This document shows, one piece after another, positions 1 to 11,829 of a stretch of 64,000 nt of DNA. Numbering within the stretch: position 1 is the stretch's first letter; every line of letters begins with the position of its first letter. This stretch comes from Dudresnaya verticillata. Its lineage: Eukaryota. Under the pieces are notes generated by a model. The model was given only the letters and a program-made list of their open reading frames with translations, was not told the origin of the DNA and did no database searches. The position numbers and the translations under genes were made by a program. Location of the stretch: positions 1,116,001 to 1,180,000 of the forward strand of contig OZ374561.1 of the NCBI GenBank assembly GCA_977862235.1, read 5' to 3'.

Positions 1-2175
1 AAGCAGTTCACGCTGCGGGTCGGGCCTCGAGGGCGTCGACGCCCGAGGTTGGCGACCGGCTTGGTCGTCAAACCCGACCCGCTTGTCGCGAGTGAGGAAC
101 CGCGGGACGTCTGCCGTTCGGTATTCGCGGCGCGGATCTCGACGATCCCCGCGGTACTGTCGTGGCTCCCCGCGATACCTTTGCGCGTCGAAGCGCTGCG
201 GGGGACCCCTATCGTCGAAGCGTCGGGCCCCACCCCGCTGCGCGTCGAAGCGTCTTGCGGGGTAACTTGCCTTGGCGCCTGCCGGCATGCGCTCGTCGAT
301 GAGCTGCTGCAAGTTGTTGCGCGCGTGCGGCTGCGTCTCCAGTCTATGGTTGCAGTTCGCATACGCGCAGTACAACTGCTGTTCCTTAGTAAGGAATGGG
401 CACGAGTACATGATGTGCCCAAGTTCTCGGCAGAACCAGCAGATGTACCACCCCTGTCGATCAGGGGTGACAGCGCGGGCCATGCCCTCTTGCGCCGGTG
501 TGAGCGGAGGGATCCTCCTCGGCAGGATGGCATCGATGCGTCCTGCGATGTCGAGGGTCTCCTCGGCTTGCGCCGCCCCGGCTGTCGACAGCGCGGGCAC
601 GACCATGACGGGTTCGAAACCATCGTCATCGGGCGCCACCAACATCGTGCCGTCGAAGGCCGCTTCCCTATCGGGTGTGTGTGGCGCCTCGATAAGCAGC
701 GTGCGGCCGCTTGGCGAACTGCTTCCCCTACCGCGCCCCGAAACGATGGCCGGCGTCGACGTCTTGGCCATGCGGGCGCGGTAGGTTGTGCCCTCACTGT
801 GGGCGATCCGACGAACGGTACTGAAGTTGGTCTGCTCGAGCATCGGCATCTGCCTTACCTTCTCCGCTACTGCGGGTCGGGTGGTCGGAAGCAGACCACG
901 CAGGAACTGGTGCGTCAGGTTCTCGTCGGAGTAGACGCCGGCACAGTCATTTGCGTAGCCCTCTAGACGAGAGGCGAACTCGAGTTCTGACTCGGTGTCC
1001 CGCTGCCGGGCGGTGGTCAGTCGGTCGTGCACGTCGGCGATCACGTCGTCGGTGACGAACCTCTCGACGAGGGTATTGACTACCGAGGCCCAGCACGGGG
1101 GGGTGCCGCGACTAGTCGTCCGGACCCCCGAGAAAAGGTGACTCGAATACACCTGGGATGCCGTTCCATCTAGGAACCAGGACACCACTCGCGCCGCTGC
1201 GCCTTCCGACAGGCCGACGCCGTTGAAGGCTTGGCGTAGCTGTCTAAGCACGCCAAGCAAGCGGATGGGCTCCTTGCCGTCGTAGCGATCTAGCCGCGGC
1301 ATGAGAGCCTTCATCCGGCTGACAATCTTGGTGGTGTTGCCATTGCAGAATTGCTGCTGATTGTCCCGCTGCCTTATGTCGTCTAGACGATAGGAGCGGT
1401 AGTCGATCGCCTTCGCGAATTCGGGGACCAAGGTGCTCAGCGGCTCGACGCCCGGCATCAATGGCCCCCAGTGCCAGTAGGCCGACACGGGACCTTCGTG
1501 TGGTGAGGGGCTAGACGCCCCTCCAACTCCGCGCCCGTCGAGGGCGCGTTGTAGTAGCTTGGGGTCGACCACGTAGAAGGGTTCGTCATCTCTTGTAGGG
1601 CGAGGGGACCCTTGCCCACTCCTAGGCGGAGAGGCCGGTGGAGAAAAAGGGTTTCGCTGAGCACGACGCTCAGCGAGGAGGGCCTTGGCCAGTTCGCGAA
1701 CCGGATCCGCTTGAGACGGCGATCGCGGAGGACGGCTCCGCACCGGCGACGGGCTAGGCGCCCGTCGGTCATACCGCGCCGGTGCGTGCTCAATCAACTC
1801 AACGCGTTGGCGTAGCTCGTCGAGGAGCCCTTGGGTTCGGGTTAATCCTTCCTCGACGGAGGCGAGAGTTCCGCGTCGAAGCGACTCCAGGTCACGTTGA
1901 CCTTGTGCCCGCGCGTCTGCGGCTGAGGCCATGAAGGTGTCGTACACTTCCGAAAATGAGTCCATCGTCCCCTCGTAGAGTAGTTGGAGGTCGGTCGCAG
2001 AGACCGCTGTCCCTCCTAGGGCCTTGGCGATAGCCGCCCTGCGCTCGATGCGCGGTTCCTCTAGGGGAGCTCCTGAGACGCCGACGTTACTCAGCAAGGA
2101 AGTGCGTCGACCGCCAACTTCACCTGCCGCAGCGTCTGCCGGACCGGCAGCGGCCGAAGTAGGTACCGGCGGCAT
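1..2175 (-). CDS. gag: Gypsy Gag, partial (open to the window edge, hence absent from the ORF track)
   Basis: Manual translation from ATG 2175 reads ...WGPLMPGVEPLSTLVPEFAKAIDYRSYRL...RYDGKEPIRLLG...SEGAA...FASRL...AGVYSDENLTHQFLRGL..., with a CCHC knuckle CWFCRELGHIMYSC near 400-445. It aligns by eye with SYRRYRL/FDGSDP/SEGAA/AGVYSEQDLITRFIRGL of the other gag. Confidence 0.85.
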   Translation of the reverse strand, partial: MPPVPTSAAAGPADAAAGEVGGRRTSLLSNVGVSGAPLEEPRIERRAAIAKALGGTAVSATDLQLLYEGTMDSFSEVYDTFMASAADARAQGQRDLESLRRGTLASVEEGLTRTQGLLDELRQRVELIEHAPARYDRRAPSPSPVRSRPPRSPSQADPVRELAKALLAERRAQRNPFSPPASPPRSGQGSPRPTRDDEPFYVVDPKLLQRALDGRGVGGASSPSPHEGPVSAYWHWGPLMPGVEPLSTLVPEFAKAIDYRSYRLDDIRQRDNQQQFCNGNTTKIVSRMKALMPRLDRYDGKEPIRLLGVLRQLRQAFNGVGLSEGAAARVVSWFLDGTASQVYSSHLFSGVRTTSRGTPPCWASVVNTLVERFVTDDVIADVHDRLTTARQRDTESELEFASRLEGYANDCAGVYSDENLTHQFLRGLLPTTRPAVAEKVRQMPMLEQTNFSTVRRIAHSEGTTYRARMAKTSTPAIVSGRGRGSSSPSGRTLLIEAPHTPDREAAFDGTMLVAPDDDGFEPVMVVPALSTAGAAQAEETLDIAGRIDAILPRRIPPLTPAQEGMARAVTPDRQGWYICWFCRELGHIMYSCPFLTKEQQLYCAYANCNHRLETQPHARNNLQQLIDERMPAGAKASYPARRFDAQRGGARRFDDRGPPQRFDAQRYRGEPRQYRGDRRDPRREYRTADVPRFLTRDKRVGFDDQAGRQPRASTPSRPDPQRELL

Positions 2176-2224
2176 TCTTGGCCTCGATCGCGTCGACGCG
2201 AGAGGTGATAGGGTCTTCTGCGAC

Positions 2225-2242
2225 TTCTAGGTCGGGAGACCA
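2225..2242 (-). promoter_or_regulatory. Primer-binding site TGGTCTCCCGACCTAGAA (tRNA-Tyr-like)
   Basis: Begins TGG one base after the LTR end; 18/18 identical to 61073-61090. Confidence 0.8.
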
Positions 2243-2243
2243 G

Positions 2244-3069
2244 TGTGGCATAGACGTCAGGTCGAACTGACGTCTAGCTGCGCTGGTCGATCGGTCGCAC
2301 CCAGACCCGTCGAAGGGTGGTAGCTGTGGTGGTAGAGCGGTGGTGTCGGCCGCGCGCGCCGTCGACGGTCGCGGATCAACGGCGTCGAAGCCTGAGCGCG
2401 CACGGGGCGTACCGTACGCGGGCGGCAGCGGCCGGATCCCTGCGTCCCCGTCGTGGGGCGGCACGAAGCCGACGGTAGGGAAAGGAAAAGGAAAGCCTAG
2501 ACGGCTAGGGAAAGAGGGAAGCCGTAGGGCGAAGGACTGGGAAAGAAACCCAAAGCAGAAAGGGCAAGCCTGGCGTAGGCTGGCTTGCCTTGGTTTAATG
2601 AAGCCCAGAGGGGCGACTACTAGATATACTACAGGGCCTGCGGCGGCACCAACCCGTGAGGTGCGCCGGCGCGCCCCAACACGCGTCGACGCGTACGGGT
2701 AACGGTAACCCGGGGGCGCGCGTAGGCGGAACGGTCCACACGTACTCAACGGCTCGACGCCGGAGTGCGCGCGCGCGTGTCACGCACTCAACGGCTCGCG
2801 CCGGAGTGCGTGCGCACAGCGCGCGGGACAGCAGGGCGTTCGACCGCCGCTTACACTAGAGGGTGCTGTACACTTACAAAACAATAAACGTAGAAATTGC
2901 ATGGGAGTTTCAGTGTCACACGCGAACGCGTGTACACGTGGGCGCCACTGCGCACTCCCTTACAGTTCAGCGGGGCTTCGGCGCCACCGGCTGACAGCGT
3001 GCGCACAGCAGTGCACACGTGGCGCAGCTGGTCTTACAGCTGCGCGTGCGTGGCACCGCTGGTCTTACA
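2244..3069 (-). repeat. 5' LTR of Gypsy element 1
   Basis: TG at 2244 abuts the PBS. Contains a purine-rich tract and recurring TTACA motifs like the other LTRs in the window; right boundary approximate. Confidence 0.65.
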
Positions 3070-3394
3070 TCTATGTGACACATGGTCTTCAGTGCGCAAA
3101 CGAATGTTTGGAGTTCGTAAGATACTTTCAGGTCCTCATTGTGTGCCTTCTAATGAAATTACTTGTCACCAGGCGCAAGGGGCGACTTTTCCAAAGGCAG
3201 TGGCATGTATTTCAAAAGACTTTCGGCAGTATGGAATGTCTAATGTAGCACTCTCACGTGTCCCGGATGACAACAATTTCGCACTGGAGAATGCAATATC
3301 GGCCGATATATTGCAGCCTGCTCCCAATATCTCCACATTCTTCGAATCGGAGTACATGAGAAGTGAACGTTTAATCACTGATTCACACAGATAA
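3070..3394 (+). pseudogene. Pif1-family (Helitron-type) helicase C-terminal fragment
   Basis: ITCHQAQGATF...YGMSNVALSRV matches the Pif1/RecD SF1B motifs TxHKSQGxT and GQxYVALSR; its 5' side abuts the Gypsy LTR. Confidence 0.7.
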
Positions 3395-6180
3395 TTACTG
3401 TCCATGATTTCAAGGACAATACCATCATGTTGTTGAATAACCACAACCGAGAGTTATCTCTGGGAAGGTGAAATGTAACCGTTGTGTGGCACACGTTGTG
3501 ATAGCAGAGAGTGAGTCGGCATAACTATTGATAGTCAGATCTGGGTTATGCAGCGGGTGAGTCGGCATGACTATCGATAGCCAGATCTGGGTTATGGAAA
3601 GGCTCCCATGAGTTTGGTACAATGAGTCAATTGGGGTCATGGAATTGTTCCCGAGAGTGGCCGAAAATAGGGAAAATTTCAAACTATTATGTTGGGAAAC
3701 TTCCGGGTGTCTTATGAACTATTTGTGAAGTGAGTACACTGAAAATGCTGATCGTTATCGTCGACGATATGCACACTGCTACCCAGATGTTGTTATCGAC
3801 GATATGCACACTGATACCCAGATGTTGTTACACATTATGGGACCTGATTTTCAGTGCGCCTATCAGCTTGGGCAGCTATGTACCCATTACAATACAATGG
3901 ATTATACCCATTACAAACAATGGATTAGATTAATTTCAGATATGCATCGAACCAATCACGGAAGATACCAAGCTGTTGCAATTTGCAAAAACGACCCTCC
4001 CAAATTTAATGATAATAGTACTAAAATAAAACGGCGTTCTCTTCTTTATTAGCGAATTACTACATGCGCCGTGTGACATTTTGCAGACCCAGTTCCCCTG
4101 TGAGAGCTCCGCAATTATACTGTACACTCGACCTTATTGGAGTGTACTGTGGGTTCGAAGCAGATCTTCCTCTCCAGTACTCTTGAAAGGGTCATCCCTA
4201 GCGCTACATACAGCTCGATCATTCTTTGAGAATTTCCTGCAGATGAGAAAAGAAGAAAGATAAGACAGACGCAGACCTCGGATGTTGTGGTATCACAGTG
4301 CTGTTAACGTCTGGTGTCATTCTGCAGGTCCCGTGCATCCAAGCCTATTCTGTTTTTGTTTGGACATTTATTATTGCTTCGCGCGTCCGATTGGCACCGC
4401 TTGGCATCTCCAATGTTGTGGTAGATGCTGGATATTGGCGACGCTATTCTGTTGCTGCAGGCACAGCGCGCCCGTAAGTAACATGTGACGGTCACTTCGA
4501 TGCAAGTAATACCAGTTTTCGTCAAAGGCTTAACACAACTTGTTTCCCCTTGTTCTCTCAGGCCTCCTAACGCTTCAATATAATTCTAATAATGTACACT
4601 TGGAGAAGGCATGCAGTGAACTTTCCGACCTTTTATGACACCTATGACGATGTCACGTGCGATTATAGTACATTATTCCAATGTAGGGAGCGCATTATTG
4701 CAACTTCAAGTCACCTTAACAGTTAGTTGTTACTGTATATCGGGCCACAATCACGACAAATCACTGGGGGCCTATAGAGCTGAAGCGATTCAGAGTCCCT
4801 GACCCGGCCCCAGAGCATGTTAACCGGCAAATGGGAGAGACCAATTCTCTAATAAGAGGAAAGAAAGAGACCATTTTTTCTCTTTCTCTTAAGCCGTGCA
4901 AAGAAATTCGGAATTTGCTGCACTCCTTGACCCAAACCGATTCCAATCTCGTCTGTGCAACACCTTGCTCGGTCCTGGCAGGTGCAAAATTCGACCCATT
5001 CCCACAAAGTGACTTAGAGATTAAAAGAAGGCTGCACTGAACAAATGGTGCTTGCTGCTAGAGCAAAAAGTGCGGGCTGTTTGCCTTATTAGACAGCATG
5101 CTACAGTCTGTCCTAATCCCGTGATGCAATTGAGTCTTATAGAGATGTCGATAAGAATGTGGAGAGAAATCGAGAGGAGAGGCAAAATTGTGTTATGCTT
5201 TATTGCGTGTTTATCGTGCAATGTTGCGCGGGCGACTTAAAGGCCCGTTTGCAGGCGGTTGCCCTACCAGCAAAAATTGTGGTAGCGACCTGTTCCCGTT
5301 GTAGAGGCAGCGCAGTTTGTGTAGTTTGACCCGGAATTACTAAGTCTAGAAGAACGGCACTCTGCTGCGGCAAGAAAACGTTTGCTCCTGACGGACTGTA
5401 ACATGGCCTGCGAGCGCCCGCCCGGCAGGCTATACGTTCACCAGGACGAGCTGGCCTGGGAGGAGATCGCAGCTATTATTACAGGCTCTAGCCGTGCCCA
5501 GAAATCCCATACAGCCCAATGCCCCAATGCCGTCCTGGCCGGTGAGCGGGTTGGCAAGCGGCTGCAACAGCACGAGCGCACAGCACGCGCGGAGGCGGAT
5601 GTGCTTCTGACGGCGCTCACGATGTCGCAACGCGGTGGATGAGCCGAAGGGACCTGTAACAACCCAGAAGCCTGAGCAGCCCGGCATCAACAGTACTGTG
5701 ACGCCTTATTTGAGGCTTCAAGCAATGCTTCCTTTGGGTACAGCACAACTTAGCGGCGGCGCGTTACGTACGTCGGGCCTGTTGAAAGAATAAACTGTAT
5801 GTGGGTTGCAATCTTACCGATCCTTTTCTTTCTTCTGCATAACATGTTAGATGCTTTATTAGATGCCACAACTCATCCGGTACTGGGAGACCTCATACTG
5901 TACTTGTGCGATGCTGCCAAACTGAGTGTGACTCTCAGTGCCAATGCAAAAAAGGGTATTTACCAAGGGTTGCATGCCGAAGCAGCCTTGGTAGCTAGGC
6001 AAGATCCTACGCTGCTCGTGCTCGACCGCGCTTCTCTGCTCCCTGCTCTTCAAACTATGCTCTCAAGTCCTCCAAGCCAGTCCCTCGACTTGTGTTCCCC
6101 ACCGTAGCCCTCGGGATAAATCTCCCCCTCACAACTAGACACAGATAAAGTTCCACAGTAAAGTCCACAAAGTCTACATC

Positions 6181-6735
6181 CAGGGCTGTCGTGCGATTAA
6201 TTGCAATAGCAATATATTGCAATATACAATAGCAATGACATATTGCGTTGCTGATAGCAAATTGCAATACTTATTGCAGTGACATTGTATATTGCAATAC
6301 CTATTGGGTTGAGTAGTAATATTGGAAGCCCTATTGCTAGATTCAGTAGACGATAAGCATATGTGTGGTTTTGTGGGGGAGCGGCATCTGTAGTGCTGGA
6401 TCCTGAGAATACAGCGTTTTCTAGCCCCATGCTGTAAGTTACATCTTACCAAACCCTTGCTATCACTAACATGTTGTCAGGTCTGCTTTTATCGTTCTGC
6501 AGGCTCATAAAACAACATTGCATTACACAAACATTAATATGGATATCCATGCTTTCTTCTCACGATCTAAGTCTATTGCTAACTTATTGCACCAAGTAGG
6601 CATATATTGCAGATGTTATTGGGGCGTGATGGCGGCTTTATTGCAATATATTGCTGAAGGGCGAGCATTGGTGCAACATATTGCTTATTGCATTTTTGGG
6701 AGCAATAATTTGCAATGTTATTGCTTGCAGCCCTG
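6181..6735. mobile_element. MITE / non-autonomous hAT-like DNA transposon (555 bp)
   Basis: TIR CAGGGCTG...CAGCCCTG; AT-rich interior with many subterminal (T)ATTGCAAT(A) motifs near both ends. Confidence 0.65.
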
Positions 6736-8464
6736 TTAGATGTAGACTACATCTAGTCATTCACGGACGTTCTAAGCTCACTTTTTAACCAATGTTCGCG
6801 CTCGCGTCTCTAAAGACCCTTTACCCTTAAAGTTACGTTTACGCTCGTGGCACCCATGTGGTGTTTTTCAATTATAGCGTGGTCTTTGCCAGTATTGAAC
6901 TTGAAATATACGTAAAAGTGCTATTGTTTCCGCTTCATGTATGTCACATCAATCATATGCCCTGTTCTGGACTCCGGAAGAGAGCAAGGATAAGGTTTAC
7001 TACTTGCGCGTTGATCCAGTTTCTTCCTGTTTGTGATTTGACGCAGCTTTATGTTTAGTTTTAAGCCGTTAAAAGCATCATTCGCTGCTCACGTTTGTCT
7101 AAATGATGCTGCAAATATAGGCACCCATCAACGTTCGGTGCACGGCAAGAAAACGCACACTCAGACTGGCGCACCGCTCGTAACTGGTAATGCCTTGTCC
7201 TCCGCCTCCACTCGTCATTCCATTACATCTATCTGCGATTTCCCTGTCGCTACAGTAGCCCCGAGAAAACGAGCTCTATTCCGAACCTACATCTGGATTT
7301 TCAGCGATCTGAGACAGAGAGATGGGGAACTTTATAAGATAGTAACTAGGCACCCTACAAGGCACCTTCTTGTCTACGATCATGAAGGCAGATATGATGC
7401 CGGCTCACGGCGAGGGCTTGGTAGCGGAGGAGGAGGGTGACCAGAGCACAGCAGACCCCACCCCGAGCGACCAAGCTACCGTATTCACTACGATTGCTAT
7501 TATCCACTGTATGCTTTACTCACTTTACCACATTCTTCGCTACCTACTAGCGCTCTACATAGTACCGCCGGTAGGGTCCATTAATGACATTATTCTTTAT
7601 GAGAGATTTTATTAGTGCCATCTGTCCAGGGGTAATGGCCCATGACCCACGGAGTCGCATCGCAGCTTGGATATCCTTGTCTAACAGCATGAAAGAAGTC
7701 AGATCCTTCACTATACTAGTGGTAGTTCTAGTAGCAATCGGATCACTGTGTTTGCTGGATAACGCGAACGTGACGCGAAAAGAATGACTTCGGCTGATGA
7801 AGGAGGGTCTGGTGAGGACAGGGTTGCTTTGTTAATGTTTACCAAGAAGAATACATGTCAGCAAGCTATACCGAGAGGTTGGAAGCATTCTGAAGATCTA
7901 TTGGTGATGTTCTTCATTGGCTGTTTAGAGTGGTCCTACGCAGGCTATATTGATATGTGCCGGGATGCTGTATTGAATTCAATACAATCACTGACAGTGG
8001 AACACAACTTTTGAGGTACTTGACTGCATAATGTCAACAATCCACTCTTCCAGTCAGAAGTGCTGGCGGCGTTAATATTGACACATATCATTGGGGTAAA
8101 GGTTATGAAACGTAATTGAGCTACAGTGCGATGATTCAATTTTAATGTGTTGTTTATGGTGGTTCTACGCGGGCGACAAGGGCCCAGTAGTAGGCACACC
8201 AGCCCAGAGGGCCAAGGTAGCGTTACTTAGTATCGTTACAAAGCAAACTGCTGGGGGTGTTACTGGGTCGGAGAGTGGGAGGAGGGGGGCGACAGGTATA
8301 AACACCTTCTCCTCTCGGATTTATTGCCACTGTGTTGTATCTCAATGTAACTTGTCAGTGCTAAGACCTCTGCCCTCTTCTCTCCTTGAGTGGAAGACGA
8401 GCAGAGCTTTATATAACCGGAGTTGCCTACCATGTGTAGACTACTCTCCAGCTTCGCACGTGAA

Positions 8465-8537
8465 CACACCCGCGGGACTCGATCCCACGACCTCCATGGC
8501 GGACCAAGCAAAAAGAAACCACTAAGCTATTGCCGCT
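8465..8537 (-). mobile_element. tRNA-derived SINE-like head (Pol III A and B boxes)
   Basis: Minus strand: A box TAGCTTAGTGG (8529-8519) and B box GGATCGAGTCC (8485-8475) within a T-arm-like GTGGGATCGAGTCCCGC; no proper anticodon arm. Confidence 0.55.
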
Positions 8538-9689
8538 TCAGTGTGGCTTTGCTTGGTGTAGTGCTGTGATGCTCCCTACTTAACATCCTACCTCAGTAGG
8601 TATCTACATAACCAATTCCAAAGACAGGTAGAGAACTCGAGTAGAAGAAACTGTGGTTTAATGAACAATGTTTTCCCAATCTCCTTGGTGCTAAGGACGA
8701 AAAGTTCTGGATTTTTGCAGAAAGCTCCTCTCATAAGCCCGCGAGTTGTCCAGACTTTACCTCATCGTGTCGATGGTTGCGCCGTACCGTAGCTCTACGA
8801 TTTTTCCTACTGGGTTTCTATCAAAGCATAGGGCGTAGAACATTATGCGCGCGGAAAAGGCTGCACAGTCAGCAAGACTCTCAGGGTTGTATGAGATTTT
8901 CGAGATACATTCATCAGTTTCGATGCAGAACTATACGGAAGGTTACGGCTAGTCAATCCAACAATTCATAGCCTCGAGTGCGATGCTGTGTACGGAATGA
9001 CAGACGATTTTTCGATGCAACAAAGTCGTACAAATGCTACTCTTCTGGTGCTGCTTGATTACCACTGCTCAGTCTCAGAGGAGGATCCTCGGCACAGTGG
9101 CTGTCGACGGTTCCCCCTCCACACATGCCGCTGAGGAGCGACAAGGCGAAGAAGCTGAAGGTTCTCTCAAGCCTCCGCTCCATCTGCAGGAAATTTTTCT
9201 AAGAAGAGCCTTGTGTTGGCGGCAGTGGACAATCATTCGCGCTTATGGGTCCATCTCTTGACACGCATGTTACACAAATAAGCATACCCGGGGGAAGAAA
9301 AAAAAGAGGCGAGCCATGGTGGAAACACTGTTTTGCTTTCACACCCGCTTTTAAACTGATACTACGCGAGGACCCAGCAGTGGAAGGTTCGATCGTTGTC
9401 CTCATGGCATAGCCAGTGCAAGTCCCAGGGTCTCCCGCATTCATAATGCCAACAACGCTGGTGCAATAATTCTTTCGGATAACGCTATGCTATGCTTTGC
9501 TCTCAAACTGTCTTACCTTACAGGTTTCCCTCTACGCCTACCTCAAGTGAAGCGACAAAAACTTCTTTGTGCCCTACGTGAATGCCATAGTGGCGGCCCC
9601 AACAACTAGAACCAACCTGCACATCCTGCAACAGCAGAATCTGTTGAATCACAAGGCAGCGTAGCAACCAAGCAACTTCGATATCCAAC

Positions 9690-11336
9690 ATGATTTCTGT
9701 AATTCTCACCTTTATCCTGCTGCACCTGGCCACCGTACTAGCTGACTGCCCACCGGGCTCTTATCAAAGCATTTCGTCAGGCTGTGTTGAATGTCCTGCA
9801 GGTACTTCCAATTCATTTCCAGGTGCTCTAGGACCAGATTTATGCCGAGACTGCCCCGCCAACACTTTTAGCTTGTCTGGTTCATCTAAATGCCAGCCAT
9901 GCCCTCCCGGCCAGATCTCTGAGCAAGCCGCATCAACATGCTTGGTGTGCCCGCCAGGGAAAGAGCTCAACTTCCGCTCCTGTGAACGATGTGCGAAGGG
10001 GTTTTATAGCGACCAGCCGACTAACTTGGACTGCCTGCCATGTCCGCCCGGAACGACGACGAAGAAGACAGGAGCAAAGTCCAAGAATGCCTGCCGTCCC
10101 ACCCCGACCCCCAGCTGTGTTGTTGAAGGCAAAGCCTGTGATGACTGTGATGCCGGTGAGTTCTACAACTTTGAAACTCAGAGTTGTGAATCTTGCCCTT
10201 CTGGAACATTCTCGAGTAGTCGTCGCTCCGTGAAATGTACCCCTTGCCCGCCGGGAACGTTTGCAAAGCATTCGTTCTCAACAGAATGTACGCCATGTGC
10301 AAACGGGAGAGTTGCCCCAGAGCCCGGCAGCGTCATCTGCCGATTCGCCGGCTTTCCTTGTCCATCTAACTACTTTGAGGACAAGATGGGTCGCTGCAAC
10401 ACCTGCAAACCAGGTTTCCGCCTAGACAAGAGCAAGAAATTATGTAAGCCGTGCAAAGGGAACAAGTGGAGCAATGGTGGTAACGTAACAAAATGCTTCC
10501 GATGTGGCAAGGGCCGAGTTGTGGTACCTAGCCTTAACGATTGTCTTTGCAAACCAGGACGTTTCCCAGCGGTAGATGGGCGTTGTGCAAAGTGTCCACG
10601 AGGGACGAGACGACAAAGTGCGTCGAGCAATCCTGTATGTGAGCGCTGCTTCTTCGGATCTGTTGGGAAGAAGAAAGGTTTATCGGAGTGCACAGTATGT
10701 CCAAAAGGGAGCTTCCAGCCAAAGGAAGGTCAGAAGAAATGCTTACCATGTCCAAATGGAACGGTGCAGAAACCGTTTTCGTTCGGAAGATCATGCGTCT
10801 CGACCAAGACAAACTGTCCTCTTGGATTCAAGCGGGTTCAGATCAATGCGAATTCGTTCCGCTGCGACCAGAGGCCCTGCCCGGCAGGCACTTTTGAGCA
10901 AGACGTAGGAAACGGACCCGTATGTGCAACCTGCTTCCCAGGACAGCGCTTTGTGCCGGAAACTGGAAGGTGCCTGGAGTGCGGAGACAGAGATATCAGT
11001 CCCGGTGGGCTTACAACTTCCTGTACACGTTGTCCGAACGGACTGTTTAGGTACAGACCTGAAGGAGATAACTGCCGGTGCGTAAATGCTGGGTACGGAC
11101 TCGAGAATGGAGAGTGTAAGCTGTGTCCACCAGGAACGTTCTCAGTTTACTATAAGGACTTCTGCACACCTTGTCCAGTAGGCACTTTCGCTGCTAGAGC
11201 GGGAACTTACCTGGGGTGCACAGCATGTCCGAAGAACACGTTTACGGACCAGGCTGGTTCGAGTTCTTGTAAGCCATGCCCAGCTGGGAGGATTAGCTAC
11301 GGGGTGCAGGAAAATAGCTGTGTTGGGAAGATATAG
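9690..11336 (+). CDS. Secreted cysteine-rich repeat protein (GCC2/GCC3, ephrin-receptor-like/TNFR-like Cys repeats), 548 aa
   Basis: Hydrophobic signal peptide MISVILTFILLHLATVLA, then tandem CxxCPxGxF/Y units to the end; intact single-exon ORF with no TM anchor. Confidence 0.9.
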   Translation: MISVILTFILLHLATVLADCPPGSYQSISSGCVECPAGTSNSFPGALGPDLCRDCPANTFSLSGSSKCQPCPPGQISEQAASTCLVCPPGKELNFRSCERCAKGFYSDQPTNLDCLPCPPGTTTKKTGAKSKNACRPTPTPSCVVEGKACDDCDAGEFYNFETQSCESCPSGTFSSSRRSVKCTPCPPGTFAKHSFSTECTPCANGRVAPEPGSVICRFAGFPCPSNYFEDKMGRCNTCKPGFRLDKSKKLCKPCKGNKWSNGGNVTKCFRCGKGRVVVPSLNDCLCKPGRFPAVDGRCAKCPRGTRRQSASSNPVCERCFFGSVGKKKGLSECTVCPKGSFQPKEGQKKCLPCPNGTVQKPFSFGRSCVSTKTNCPLGFKRVQINANSFRCDQRPCPAGTFEQDVGNGPVCATCFPGQRFVPETGRCLECGDRDISPGGLTTSCTRCPNGLFRYRPEGDNCRCVNAGYGLENGECKLCPPGTFSVYYKDFCTPCPVGTFAARAGTYLGCTACPKNTFTDQAGSSSCKPCPAGRISYGVQENSCVGKI

Positions 11337-11743
11337 CTGAACAGGGAGCTCCTCGTCCGAATACATAGAGAGCGTTAGCCACTATCCACTAAACAATGAG
11401 TACTAATCGTGCAAGTATACTTCACGTTGATCATCACAAGGACGTGAGCCGTCCGTAGAGGGATTTCAATACTGTAGCAGAATATGTCATCTCTCGCTCC
11501 TGGGAGAAGGCTTTGTCAGGTACTGGTGACTGAGAAAAGGTTGACAAAAAGGATAGCCGACAAACATCAACACCGCAATGTCAGGCTTAAGGTGATGAAA
11601 GAATCAGGAAAGAGGCGTTTGATGCTGAGGCTTCAAAGGCTGGAGAGCAATCGAATATACGTATACGGTTCCTATTCATTGACAGGAAGAGAGGAAAAAA
11701 GAATGAAGAAGGCAACAGCAACAGGACGAGGCAAAGGTGATAC

Positions 11744-11829
11744 TGTGATGGTAAACATTTACTAATTGTTTAGGGCGGTGCCGCACGGGCAACTACAGTA
11801 AGACCCATCAGCAGGCGCACCAGCACAAA
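11744..11829 (+). repeat. Short dispersed repeat, copy 1 (also at 28270-28350)
   Basis: TGTGATGGTAAACATTTACTAATTGTTTAGGG...AGCAGGCGCACCAGCACAAA shared with few differences; an upstream CCGCAATGTCAGGCTT is also shared. Confidence 0.8.

Larger units (their letters stand above)
1..3069 (-). mobile_element. Ty3/Gypsy LTR retrotransposon, 5' portion (5' LTR, PBS, gag); runs off the left edge of the window
   Basis: Minus-strand gag ORF homologous to the gag at 57947-59386. The PBS is identical to that of the 48409-61714 element, and an LTR-like segment begins TG at 2244 next to it. The outer LTR boundary (~3069, possibly ~3082) is uncertain. Confidence 0.85.
2636..8434 (+). repeat. ~5.8-kb segmental duplication, copy 1
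   Basis: Nearly identical to 21681-27496; the ORF track repeats at an offset of 19045-19062. Confidence 0.97.

Noticed and set aside
49..966. 305-aa plus-strand ORF
   Set aside because: Antisense shadow of the GC-rich minus-strand gag.
1456..1460. TGATG stop-start overlap suggesting termination-reinitiation
   Set aside because: The gag frame is open upstream to ATG 2175; the 1458-1793 ORF is an off-frame shadow.
3511..3830. Short direct repeats (~46 bp x2 and ~36 bp x2) as a CRISPR-like array
   Set aside because: Simple adjacent tandem duplications without unique spacers; eukaryotic context and no cas genes.
6737..6756. Hairpin plus CTAG as the Helitron 3' end for the Pif1 fragment
   Set aside because: Better explained as an inverted copy of the MITE's left flank.
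7382..8130. Possible decayed membrane-protein gene
   Set aside because: Fragmentary hydrophobic ORFs with stops and no recognisable family; cannot support a call.
8465..8537. Functional tRNA gene
   Set aside because: A and B boxes are present but there is no credible anticodon arm or full acceptor stem.
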